Shown here piece after piece: positions 8,867 to 17,053 of a DNA stretch of 34,907 nucleotides. Each line of letters starts with the position of its first letter. Positions within the stretch are counted from its first letter, which is position 1. Below the pieces are notes generated by a model. The model was not told the DNA's origin, did not search any database, and saw only the letters and a list, made by a program, of their open reading frames with translations. The DNA lies in the sequence record SRR20825006_1072, one strand, 5' to 3'. The position numbers and the translations under genes were made by a program.

Positions 8867-10267
8867 TTACTCAACGACTTGTTCACCTTTAAGACCAATC
8901 GGGAACTGTTCCAGATAAGCATTAGGCTGGGTGCCGTCATAGCTGATCTCGTCGATAAACTCGGTTTGTGTGGGTTTAAAACCGGTTTCTGTTTCAAAGT
9001 CAGGAAACGCCGATGCTGGTAGTTTTCCCTCTTCGATCAACTCCTTGGCTGCCACCGCATAAATGTCGGGACGATAGACCTGCTTGGCGATATCCATATA
9101 CCAGCTATCCGGTTTGGGCTCGGCAATCTGACCCCAGCGACGCATCTGGGTCAAATACCACACCGCGTCACTGTAGTATGGATAGGTCGCGTTATAGCGG
9201 AAGAAGACATTGAAGTCAGGCACTGCTCGCTTGTCGCCTTTTTCATACTCGAAGGTGCCGGTCATACTGTTGGCAATGACCTCGTAATCAGCACCGACGT
9301 AACGACTTTGTGACAGGATTTCGACGGCTTCAGGCCGGTTGGCATTACTGTCCTCATCCAGCCAGTGAGCGGCACGAATCAATGCTTTGACCACCGCGAT
9401 ATGGGTGTTGGGATTTTCTTCAGCCCAGCTTTTACTGACACCAAACACTTTTTCCGGATTGTTTTTCCAGATTTCATAATCGGTAATCACCGGCACACCA
9501 ATCCCTTTGAATACCGCCTGCTGGTTCCATGGTTCACCGACGCAGTAACCGTAAATGGTTCCGGCCTCCATGGTCGAAGGCATTTGTGGCGGTGGCGTCA
9601 CAGAAAGCAGTGCATCAGCCTGTAACTGACCGCTGACATCGCCTTTGTGCGGGGCATAATAACCGGGATGAATTCCCCCCGCGGCCAGCCAGTAACGCAG
9701 TTCATAGTTATGTGTAGATACCGGGAAGACCATGCCCATATTGAAAGGCTTGCCCTCAGCCTTGTATGAATCCACCACGGGTTTGAGCGCTTCAGCACTG
9801 ATGGGGTGCACCGGCTTGCCGTCTTCGCCGACCGGGACGTTGGGTTTCATCTGATCCCAGATATCATTGGAAACAGTAATACCGTTACCATTCAGATCCA
9901 TACTGAAGGCAGTGATGATATCGGCCTTGGTACCGAAACCAATCGTAGCTCCCAGCGGCTGACCGGCCAGCATGTGGGCGCCATCAAGGGTGCCGTCAAT
10001 CACGCCGTCCAGCAGTACTTTCCAGTTGGCCTGGGCCTCCAGCGTCACATACAACCCTTCGTCTTCAAAAAAGAACTTTTCATAGGCAATAGCCAGCGGC
10101 GCCATGTCCGTCAATTTGATAAAACCGAATTTGAGTTCAGGCTTTTCCACTTCGCCCGGTGCCGCCTGGGCGGCCGTCACTGACATCATGCCGCTACTGA
10201 AGACCAGACTGGCCGCGGCCAGTGTTTTTACCAACTTACGGCGTGTGATGGATAACTGTTTTCGCAT
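8867..10267 (-). CDS. nrtA: Nitrate ABC transporter substrate-binding protein (CmpA/NrtA family)
   Basis: [27 protein letters not shown] and QMRRWGQI motifs. Tat-like signal TRRKLVK...AQA. Start moved to ATG 10267 after a GGGAG RBS. Confidence 0.94.
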   Translation of the reverse strand: MRKQLSITRRKLVKTLAAASLVFSSGMMSVTAAQAAPGEVEKPELKFGFIKLTDMAPLAIAYEKFFFEDEGLYVTLEAQANWKVLLDGVIDGTLDGAHMLAGQPLGATIGFGTKADIITAFSMDLNGNGITVSNDIWDQMKPNVPVGEDGKPVHPISAEALKPVVDSYKAEGKPFNMGMVFPVSTHNYELRYWLAAGGIHPGYYAPHKGDVSGQLQADALLSVTPPPQMPSTMEAGTIYGYCVGEPWNQQAVFKGIGVPVITDYEIWKNNPEKVFGVSKSWAEENPNTHIAVVKALIRAAHWLDEDSNANRPEAVEILSQSRYVGADYEVIANSMTGTFEYEKGDKRAVPDFNVFFRYNATYPYYSDAVWYLTQMRRWGQIAEPKPDSWYMDIAKQVYRPDIYAVAAKELIEEGKLPASAFPDFETETGFKPTQTEFIDEISYDGTQPNAYLEQFPIGLKGEQVVE

Positions 10268-10289
10268 TATCTGCTCCCGAATTTTGTTC

Positions 10290-10370
10290 AAAAAAAAGAC
10301 GCGCTCGCTGGCTATGGCCGGCAAGGACGTCTTTATCCAATAATGAAGTTTTAATTGACCCGTCGTTGGG
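10290..10370 (-). promoter_or_regulatory. ANTAR (NasT) dual-hairpin antitermination leader of nrtABC
   Basis: Hairpin 1 CCC-AACGAC-GGG (10359-10370) and hairpin 2 GGAT-AAAGAC-GTCC (10325-10338), both hexaloops with A1/G4. Hairpin 2 overlaps the terminator AAAGACG...CGTC-T8 (10290-10334). Confidence 0.88.
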
Positions 10371-10390
10371 TGGTGACTCAGAGAGGTGTT

Positions 10391-10528
10391 TGCAGATAAT
10401 ATGCCAACTAGATACCTAAATAATTAATCATTTATTATCAGCCACTTGAAGCTGTATTGTTAATCTATGATGAACGTAACCGTGCACAGTTAAGGTTCAT
10501 CTGGGAACGAACGCACAGGGCTGGTGCG
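10391..10528 (-). promoter_or_regulatory. sigma54 promoter of nrtABC with IHF-like and NtrC-like sites
   Basis: TTGGCATATTATCTGCA (10391-10407). IHF-like TATCAG-N4-TTG (10436-10448). NtrC-like TGCACAGTTAAGGTTCA (10483-10499) and CGCACAGGGCTGGTGCG (10512-10528). Confidence 0.82.
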
Positions 10529-10560
10529 ACCGCGTCATTTACTTGTGTAGTAACCGTTAT

Positions 10561-11181
10561 TCAGACTGAGTTCTTGGGTTCCAGCAAACTGGCTGTTGCC
10601 AGAATATTATGTGCCAGCTGAGCCAGGCGCATATTCTGATTCATTGCCGATGTTCGCAGTAGCCGATAAGCTTCATCTTCACTGCAGTTACGCTGTTCCA
10701 TGATCAGGCCTTTAGCGCGATCAATGATCTTGCGATCAGCCAGTGACGTTTTGAGTTCCTTGATATGTTGCTGCATCGACTGATACTGACGGAAACGGGC
10801 AATAGCAGTCCGCAGAATGGGCAAAACCCGATCTTCTCGGAAACCATCGACAATATAAGCACTGACACCAGCCTGAATCGCATGCTCGATCGCATCATCA
10901 CGATCATCGCGGGTAAAGATAACGATAGGCAGCGGAAACTGCTCATTGATCACTTTGAATTTGCTCAGCATATCGTTATCGCTGTTATCCATGACCGCGA
11001 TAATGAGTTCCGGCTCCACAGTCCATTTCAATGTCAGCAATTGCTGCAGGGTTGAGCCTTCAAAAATAATCTTATACGGCGTATCGACCAGGGTATTTTT
11101 GAGCGTGTCGCTGATCTCACGGTGTTCACTGATAACAATGGTATTAATATTGGTCTCGGCATTCATGGCAACGCTGCTCAT
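10561..11181 (-). CDS. nasT: NasT-type ANTAR antiterminator (pseudo-receiver plus ANTAR)
   Basis: AIQAGVSAYIVDG, coiled coil, and ANTAR motif LADRKIIDRAKGLIM...EDEAYRLLR..AM. The acidic pocket and phospho-Asp appear degenerate (PELIIAVM). Confidence 0.92.
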   Translation of the reverse strand: MSSVAMNAETNINTIVISEHREISDTLKNTLVDTPYKIIFEGSTLQQLLTLKWTVEPELIIAVMDNSDNDMLSKFKVINEQFPLPIVIFTRDDRDDAIEHAIQAGVSAYIVDGFREDRVLPILRTAIARFRQYQSMQQHIKELKTSLADRKIIDRAKGLIMEQRNCSEDEAYRLLRTSAMNQNMRLAQLAHNILATASLLEPKNSV

Positions 11182-12041
11182 ATCATTCTGGTGTGTTGTT
11201 GGGAAGCATAGTGAATGATGATGCCGAACACTTTCAGCACCTCATCAATGGCCCGGGTGGAGACATTGAAGTAATCATTAGAATCCACCTGAACCCGGCC
11301 GTCTTTAAGCACATTGAATTCGACCATCTCCATCAGTTTGCCGATACTGTCACTGATGGTCCTGGAGGCATTTTGCAATGTCTGATGCAGATCTTCGTTG
11401 TTGATGCCGTTAATTTGCTTAACCAGTTCATTGGTGGTGCTCTGCACCGAAATCCGCAGGAAATCGAGAATAATGCGATCTGCGCCCTCACAGACACCAC
11501 GGGCACAAATCCCGGAGCCGACCGCCCGTGTTTGTCCCACCGTTTCTGCAACACGCAATGTATCCAGGCAGACTTCCGACACCCGGGTACAGCGATCCAA
11601 CATCATCCGGTGCAAATCATGGTCACGCATTACATCATCGAGCAATGAAAGCTGACCGTCGATCATCAGGCTGTGCTGACGCACCAGATTATGGGATTTC
11701 AGATCACCGGCAAGCGCATGTTTTTTCAATCTGGGCCAGTGTTCAGTGAATGATTCCCACTGAGGGAAACGTTTGAGCCGCAGGCTGTCATTGCTGGAAA
11801 TAAGCTGATCAATATCACCCTGCAAACTGAGCAGTTGTGGTTTCAGTTTGTTATTGCCCTGACTCACCGCATTACTGGTGCCACGATGCTTCTGACAACT
11901 GTCGATGATGCGTTTCATGTGAACGGTCAGCAGAATACCCTGCTCGATACGGCTCTGCGCTTCCCGCCGCATAACGACTAAACGACTGATAAGGTAAATA
12001 AGGCACACAACGGTGAGGCCACCGACAAAAATCGGATACAT
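11178..12041 (-). CDS. Stand-alone NIT-like (nitrate/nitrite-sensing) domain protein with an N-terminal membrane anchor
   Basis: IIDSCQKHRGTS and AETVGQTRAVG resemble the two pseudo-symmetric NIT motifs (LQxERG and ExAGxERA). N-terminal hydrophobic helix, no output domain, and ATGA overlap with nasT. Confidence 0.72.
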   Translation of the reverse strand: MYPIFVGGLTVVCLIYLISRLVVMRREAQSRIEQGILLTVHMKRIIDSCQKHRGTSNAVSQGNNKLKPQLLSLQGDIDQLISSNDSLRLKRFPQWESFTEHWPRLKKHALAGDLKSHNLVRQHSLMIDGQLSLLDDVMRDHDLHRMMLDRCTRVSEVCLDTLRVAETVGQTRAVGSGICARGVCEGADRIILDFLRISVQSTTNELVKQINGINNEDLHQTLQNASRTISDSIGKLMEMVEFNVLKDGRVQVDSNDYFNVSTRAIDEVLKVFGIIIHYASQQHTRMI

Positions 12042-12076
12042 CTTTGCTCTCCAGTGAACAAGACAGAGGCTCTAAG

Positions 12077-12116
12077 CCGGATGCACTCATCCACTTTTAT
12101 AGATGAGTGCATCCGG
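12077..12116. repeat. Perfect 15-bp inverted repeat between the small ORF and the NIT gene
   Basis: CCGGATGCACTCATC-N10-GATGAGTGCATCCGG, extendable by AAGC/GCTT; no U tract. Confidence 0.85.
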
Positions 12117-12124
12117 GCTTGACG

Positions 12125-12238
12125 CTACTCCCAGGCAACTAAAAACCCGGCCATCAGCCCCAGCGGGGAAATCATGACCATGAAGACTAATTTCCCCAAC
12201 TCTTTCAGCAGAAACACAAAATCTATGAGATAACCCAT
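12125..12238 (-). CDS. Unannotated 37-aa hydrophobic small protein (MGYLIDFVFLLKELGKLVFMVMISPLGLMAGFLVAWE)
   Basis: AGGAGG RBS (12245-12250) 6 nt before the ATG. First ORF after a sigma54 promoter. Contains a ~20-residue hydrophobic segment. Below the ORF-track length cutoff. Confidence 0.7.
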   Translation of the reverse strand: MGYLIDFVFLLKELGKLVFMVMISPLGLMAGFLVAWE

Positions 12239-12273
12239 AATCTACCTCCTGTAGCTTGGAATATTCTTGATTT

Positions 12274-12388
12274 TGCATAAGCTGTGCCAAACAAATAACT
12301 CATATTTTTCAGCATCTTATAATTTAATTAATCGTCAGGCATGCTACAAAATGGTGTTCTCGCTGAATTGCTGAACGAATATGGTGCA
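12274..12388 (-). promoter_or_regulatory. sigma54 promoter of the smallORF-NIT-nasT unit with NtrC-like sites
   Basis: TTGGCACAGCTTATGCA (12274-12290). NtrC-like TGCTACAAAATGGTGTT (12342-12358) and TGAACGAATATGGTGCA (12372-12388). Confidence 0.8.
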
Positions 12389-12430
12389 TTGCAGTAGGAA
12401 GCGCAGCCTGATGATTCATTGCTGATAAAT

Positions 12431-12458
12431 AAAAAAGCCGGGCGGTGCCCGGCTTTTT
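12431..12458 (-). terminator. Intrinsic (bidirectional-type) terminator after the porin gene
   Basis: A6-GCCGGGC-GGT-GCCCGGC-T5. Confidence 0.9.
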
Positions 12459-12480
12459 ACTTATGCTTGCTGATTAGGAA

Positions 12481-13740
12481 TCAGAATTTAAGCTGACCAT
12501 ATACCCAGAACTTTTCGGTATCGGTAAGACCGAATTCATCATCTGCATTGTAGTCTGCATATTTCACCCCCAACGTGTAATGCTCTTTGAAGGTTTTCTG
12601 CAGCATGATATCGAACTCATCACCGGCATCCAGACTGCCTTCATCCGTTTCAAAATCATGGTAGACCGCAACCAGTTTGGCACCCAGCACATTCCCTACC
12701 AGGGTCACATAAGTGTCCTCCAGCCCCTGAGCAGGTGTTGAGAGAAACTTGTCAGCCCAGCCCTGATAAGCGTGATTGGTACCGAGAGGGGTTCTGAAGG
12801 CATCGACGCCATCGCCTTCCTGAACTTCATGGGAGAGTTTGAGTACCCAACCCTTGTACTTACCCCCCACTTCCATCAGGTAGTAATCCTGCTGATCCAT
12901 CTCGCCATCAGCATAATCGTCCTGTGTGGCATATTCAGCGGTATAAAGCAGATTGAATGAATCGTTCAGTGCCTGTGCACCCGACAGTCTCAAGCCATAG
13001 GTAGCAGTGGAGTTTTTATTATCATCCGGAGCATCTTCATAATCCAGCAGATAGGCATAACCTTCCAGGTTGCCAATAGGCAGCCCACTGTATTGTGCAT
13101 TGAACAGATGGCTATCCATATCAATGTCACCATCATTGATCAGCGGTGCCACATCCCTGTCTTCACCGAAAATAGTATGAACCTGGTTGAGATAGGCATA
13201 GCTGAGGGTGGTATCAGGCAAAGATTGATTGACGATACTGAAGGCATCAAAAGTCTGCCAGTTCTGACGCCAGCCGACGGTGCCGATAAAACGATGGAAC
13301 GGCGCATCCCTGAATGTCACAATCTGACGGCCGAATTTAAATGTCGTATCGAAATTGTTGTAGGCCAGAAATGCCTGATTGACTTCCGTGCCTTCCGGAT
13401 CGGCCACAATCGGATACTCAGGCTCGCCATTGGTGCCAGCAGCATTGAACTTATCTGACCCCAGATGAGAAACATCTTCAAATTCAACAAAGCCGCTGAA
13501 GCCATGGAATGTACCGGTTTTATAGCCCAGTGTTGTTCGGAGCGTAAAGGCATCAGCTTCCTTATCGATGCCATCCTGATCCACATTTTCATAACGGGCA
13601 CGAGCAGAAAAGCTGACTTTTCCGCTGGTTAATGCTTCTATAAAGGCATCTTCAGCCTGGGCGATGGTGGGAACCATTGTCATACTGCTCATGCCTGTCG
13701 CCAACAGACTTAGGGCCGTCAATTTTTTCATTTTTGGCAT
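12481..13740 (-). CDS. Alginate-export (AlgE-like) family outer-membrane beta-barrel, putative nitrate porin
   Basis: Sec signal (AQA), ARARYENVDQD, VNQAFL, GRQ...IGTVGWRQNWQTFD, and C-terminal aromatic strand ending in Phe. Confidence 0.82.
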   Translation of the reverse strand: MPKMKKLTALSLLATGMSSMTMVPTIAQAEDAFIEALTSGKVSFSARARYENVDQDGIDKEADAFTLRTTLGYKTGTFHGFSGFVEFEDVSHLGSDKFNAAGTNGEPEYPIVADPEGTEVNQAFLAYNNFDTTFKFGRQIVTFRDAPFHRFIGTVGWRQNWQTFDAFSIVNQSLPDTTLSYAYLNQVHTIFGEDRDVAPLINDGDIDMDSHLFNAQYSGLPIGNLEGYAYLLDYEDAPDDNKNSTATYGLRLSGAQALNDSFNLLYTAEYATQDDYADGEMDQQDYYLMEVGGKYKGWVLKLSHEVQEGDGVDAFRTPLGTNHAYQGWADKFLSTPAQGLEDTYVTLVGNVLGAKLVAVYHDFETDEGSLDAGDEFDIMLQKTFKEHYTLGVKYADYNADDEFGLTDTEKFWVYGQLKF

Positions 13741-13755
13741 TGTTTATCCTCGTAT

Positions 13756-13847
13756 AAAAAAAGCCATGCAGGTCACCCTGGCATGGCTTCGTTACCTTGA
13801 TTGATTCGTAGTTAATATCGAAAAGAAAGATGGCTGCACCGTTGCAG
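13756..13847 (-). promoter_or_regulatory. ANTAR dual-hairpin antitermination leader of the porin gene
   Basis: Hairpin 1 CTGC-AACGGT-GCAG (13834-13847) and hairpin 2 GGT-AACGAA-GCC (13785-13796). Hairpin 2 overlaps the terminator AAGCCATGC(C)AGG-GTGA-CCTGCATGGC-T7 (13756-13789). Confidence 0.82.
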
Positions 13848-13865
13848 AGTCACTGTTTTAATATT

Positions 13866-13982
13866 TGCAACCATAATGCCAACTTGATAATTATTTGTTT
13901 TTAAAGGGTTATTTAAGGTTATGTGAAATTTTTGTGATAGCAAATGCACCATTTAAATACTTATTTATTTGAGAATGCACTA
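13866..13982 (-). promoter_or_regulatory. sigma54 promoter of the porin gene with NtrC-like half sites
   Basis: Near-consensus TTGGCATTATGGTTGCA (13866-13882). TGCACCA (13945) and TGCACTA (13976) are spaced 31 bp apart. Confidence 0.82.
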
Positions 13983-14021
13983 CAACGAAACAGAGAGAGA
14001 TAATTAGAGACCGACGGAAAC

Positions 14022-14052
14022 AAAAACGGGACGCCATAAAGACGTCCCGTTT
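14022..14052 (-). terminator. Intrinsic terminator of nirBD-nasA
   Basis: Minus strand AAACGGGACGTC-TTTAT-GGCGTCCCGTTTTT. Confidence 0.85.
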
Positions 14053-14076
14053 GCGTGAAAATGAAGATTAACGTTG

Positions 14077-16725
14077 TCAGTGGCCGAGCAATTTCTTCAG
14101 TTCGGGGACACAGGAACCACAGTTGGTGCCGGCATTCAGCTTGGCACCGATTTCATCCACATTTTTGACATGGCCTGTGCTTATCGCGTCTTTCAGCGTA
14201 TTTTCCCCAACGCCAAAACAGGAACAGACAATCGCACCACAGTCTTTCTGACCTTTACCTGGTTGCCCCACCAGCAGGCTATAGCGCTCTGTATCGGACA
14301 AGCTGGTTGAAGTAAACAACTGTGATAACCAGGAACGGGCCGGCAGGTCATGGCTGGGGGCAATAAACATCACGCCTTCCAGTTGATTACCAACAATCTT
14401 GCCGGCGCGGTATCGTCCGGCCTTTTTGTCGATAAAGTCCAGCCATTCTCCCCCTGTACCCAGATGTTCTTTAGCCCAGGCGTCAGGCTGGCTAATGTTT
14501 TTTTCACCGGCAATCTCATAGCGCCAGAACTGTGCACCTCTGACTTTGACCCAGTAGTTGGCATCTTTCACCGAGATCGGTCGACGCGATAAAATAAAGC
14601 CATGCCAGATCGGTTGATACGGGCGAATTCTGACCGGCGTATGTTTGGATTCAGGCTGTCCGGATAGCGGGTCATAAACTGCCGCCACGAGTGCATCGAC
14701 CCGCGCCATTGACGCGAACTGATTACTCCAGTGAATAGGCACAAACACACTGCCCGGCCGTTGTTCATCGGTAATCACCGTGCGCACAATCATTTTTCCC
14801 CACTGACTGCTGACTTCCGCCAATGCCCCGTCAACCAGATCCCAGTTCTGGGCATCGACCGGGTGAATCTGCACCATCGGCTCCGGGATATGAGCATTCA
14901 AACGCACCGCACGACCAGTGCGGGTCATGGTGTGCCACTGGTCCCGAATACGGCCCGTATTCAACACCAGCGGATACGCATCACTGGTCTGGTTCTGCGG
15001 CAATTTGGGCTCAATCGGCACCATTCTCGCCTTACCGGACGGGGTAAAGAATCGTCCGTCAGTGAACAGTCTCGCTGTGCCTGATGGCGCCTCGGCCGTA
15101 ACAGGCCATTGAATTGGCGCCAGTTTGTCGAAGGCTTCGTCACTGATATCGGCCAGACCGCTTATATCAAAGTCCCGCGTACCATTATTTTCAAAAGCGG
15201 ACAGCCGGGCGTGCTCACGAAACACATCAACCGGTTTTTCAAACGGAAATGCTTTTCCAAAGCCCATTTTTCGTGCCACCTGGGTCATGATCCACCAGTC
15301 CGGTTTGGCTTCTCCGGGTAAAGGCAGAAACGCCCGTTGATGACTGATACGACGCTCTGAATTTGTGACCGTACCGTCTTTCTCCCCCCAAGCTGCTGCC
15401 GGCAGCAGAATATCAGCCAGCTCCGTCGTGTCGGTATTGCTCTCGCATTCCGACACCACCACCAGTTCGCATTTTTCCAGCGCCGCTTTAACTCTATCGG
15501 CTTCCGGCAGGCTCACCACCGGATTGGTGGCCACAATCCAGACTGCTTTGATCTTACCTGCAGCCACGTCTTTGAACATATCAATGGCTTTGGCCCCATT
15601 TTCGGTCGCCAGCCGGTCTGTTTCCCAGAAACGTGAGACCCGGTCATGGTGTTCCGGATTGGTGATTTCCATATGCGCCGCGAGCTGGTTACTCAGACCG
15701 CCAACTTCACGACCGCCCATCGCATTGGGCTGACCGGTGAAGGAAAACGGGCCCATTGCCGGTTTGCCGATACGGCCGGTAGCCAGGTGGCAGTTGATAA
15801 TGCTGTTGGTTTTATCGGTGCCGGAGGTCGACTGATTAATGCCTTGAGAATAGAGCGTCACCACTTTTTCGGTCGATGCAAACAGCTGATAGAACTTAAC
15901 AATGTCCTCTTCCGGCAGTTCGGTGATGGAAGAAACCTGCGGAATATTACCAGCACTCTCTTTCGCTGCCTTGATTGCAGCCGAGAAGCCCTCGGTGTGC
16001 TGCTCGAGGAAATCCAGATCCAGATAGTCTTCCTGTTTCAGGAAATTAAGCAGGCCGTTGAATAGAGTCGCATCACTGCCGGGCCTGAGTGACAGATGCA
16101 GATCAGCGATATCACAGGTAGAAGTTTTGCGCGGATCAATCACCACGACTTTTAAATCGGGCCGTTGCTGCTTGACCTGGTTGATACGCTGATAAATCAC
16201 CGGATGACACCAGGCCAGGTTGGAACCGGCCATCACCAGTAAGTCCGCCTGCTCCAGATCTTCATAACTGCAGGGCACCGAATCACTACCGAACGCTCGC
16301 TTGTAGCCGGCTACTGCTGACGACATGCACAGGCGTGAATTGGTATCGATATTGGCGCTGCCGATAAAGCCCTTCATCAACTTGTTGGCCGTGTAGTAAT
16401 CCTCGGTCAGAATCTGACCGGAGACATAAAAGCCGACGGCGCTGGGTCCGTGTTTATCGATAATGTCCTTGAATTTTCTGCTGACGGTATTGAGTGCTTC
16501 ATCCCAGGAAACGCGTTTACCAGCCACTTGGGGATAAAGCAGCCTGTTCGACAGATCGACCGTTTCCCCCAGTGCTGAGCCCTTGGAGCAAAGACGCCCG
16601 AGATTAGCGGGATGACGGGGATCGCCCTCAATCGCGACTTGTCCGTCAGCCTGTGGTGTCGCCAGGACACCACAGCCAACGCCGCAATAAGGACAGGTGG
16701 TCTGAATAGTTTGTTCTTTACCCAA
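14077..16725 (-). CDS. nasA: Assimilatory nitrate reductase catalytic subunit (Mo-bisPGD, [4Fe-4S], C-terminal BFD-like [2Fe-2S])
   Basis: TTCPYCGVGCG...GRLCSKG, NSRLCMSSA, TGQPNAMGGREVG, LNTGRIRDQWHTMTRTG, and C-terminal VCSCFGV...CGSC. TTG start. Confidence 0.95.
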   Translation of the reverse strand: MGKEQTIQTTCPYCGVGCGVLATPQADGQVAIEGDPRHPANLGRLCSKGSALGETVDLSNRLLYPQVAGKRVSWDEALNTVSRKFKDIIDKHGPSAVGFYVSGQILTEDYYTANKLMKGFIGSANIDTNSRLCMSSAVAGYKRAFGSDSVPCSYEDLEQADLLVMAGSNLAWCHPVIYQRINQVKQQRPDLKVVVIDPRKTSTCDIADLHLSLRPGSDATLFNGLLNFLKQEDYLDLDFLEQHTEGFSAAIKAAKESAGNIPQVSSITELPEEDIVKFYQLFASTEKVVTLYSQGINQSTSGTDKTNSIINCHLATGRIGKPAMGPFSFTGQPNAMGGREVGGLSNQLAAHMEITNPEHHDRVSRFWETDRLATENGAKAIDMFKDVAAGKIKAVWIVATNPVVSLPEADRVKAALEKCELVVVSECESNTDTTELADILLPAAAWGEKDGTVTNSERRISHQRAFLPLPGEAKPDWWIMTQVARKMGFGKAFPFEKPVDVFREHARLSAFENNGTRDFDISGLADISDEAFDKLAPIQWPVTAEAPSGTARLFTDGRFFTPSGKARMVPIEPKLPQNQTSDAYPLVLNTGRIRDQWHTMTRTGRAVRLNAHIPEPMVQIHPVDAQNWDLVDGALAEVSSQWGKMIVRTVITDEQRPGSVFVPIHWSNQFASMARVDALVAAVYDPLSGQPESKHTPVRIRPYQPIWHGFILSRRPISVKDANYWVKVRGAQFWRYEIAGEKNISQPDAWAKEHLGTGGEWLDFIDKKAGRYRAGKIVGNQLEGVMFIAPSHDLPARSWLSQLFTSTSLSDTERYSLLVGQPGKGQKDCGAIVCSCFGVGENTLKDAISTGHVKNVDEIGAKLNAGTNCGSCVPELKKLLGH

Positions 16726-16739
16726 AACAGATGACTCTT

Positions 16740-17045
16740 TTATAGCGAAATGTAGACTACGCCGTTCTCGATTTTGGTCTCAAACGTACGCGTGCAGCCT
16801 TCATCAGGTCCGGTTGCTTCACCGCTTTCCATGTCGATGACCCAGTTATGGAGGGGGCAGGCTACCCGTTTATCATAGACGATCCCCTGTGACAGCGGGC
16901 CTGCCTTGTGCGGACACTGATCATAGAGGGCAAAAACTTCATCCCCTGCCGTTCTGAAGACAGCCACATCGCCATCTTTGGTCACCAACACGCGTGACCC
17001 TTTGTTTGGAATATCGGCCAGCGGGCCAACTTCGGTCCAGCTCAT
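16740..17045 (-). CDS. nirD: Nitrite reductase (NADH) small subunit, Rieske-type
   Basis: CPHKAGPLSQG...ACPLHNW; located between nirB and nasA. Confidence 0.94.
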   Translation of the reverse strand: MSWTEVGPLADIPNKGSRVLVTKDGDVAVFRTAGDEVFALYDQCPHKAGPLSQGIVYDKRVACPLHNWVIDMESGEATGPDEGCTRTFETKIENGVVYISL

Positions 17046-17053
17046 GCTTACCT

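Noticed and set aside
8791-8997. 68-aa ORF overlapping the nrtA end and nrtB start
   Set aside because: Out-of-frame overlap with nrtA, runs through an intercistronic hairpin, and has no protein features.
8867-10267. NrtA-like protein as the NasS sensor
   Set aside because: It has an export signal and heads the permease/ATPase operon, so it is the periplasmic binding protein.
12087-12290. 67-aa minus-strand ORF from the ORF track upstream of the NIT gene
   Set aside because: Its TTG start sits inside the sigma54 -24 box and has no RBS. The 37-aa ORF in another frame has a perfect RBS.
13942-13962. NsrR box in the porin promoter
   Set aside because: Spacing and symmetry do not fit the NsrR inverted repeat. 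It is better explained as an NtrC half site.
14036-14047. ATAAAGACGTCC, identical to part of the nrtA ANTAR hairpin 2
   Set aside because: It is on the non-transcribed strand and is fully explained as part of the nasA terminator stem.
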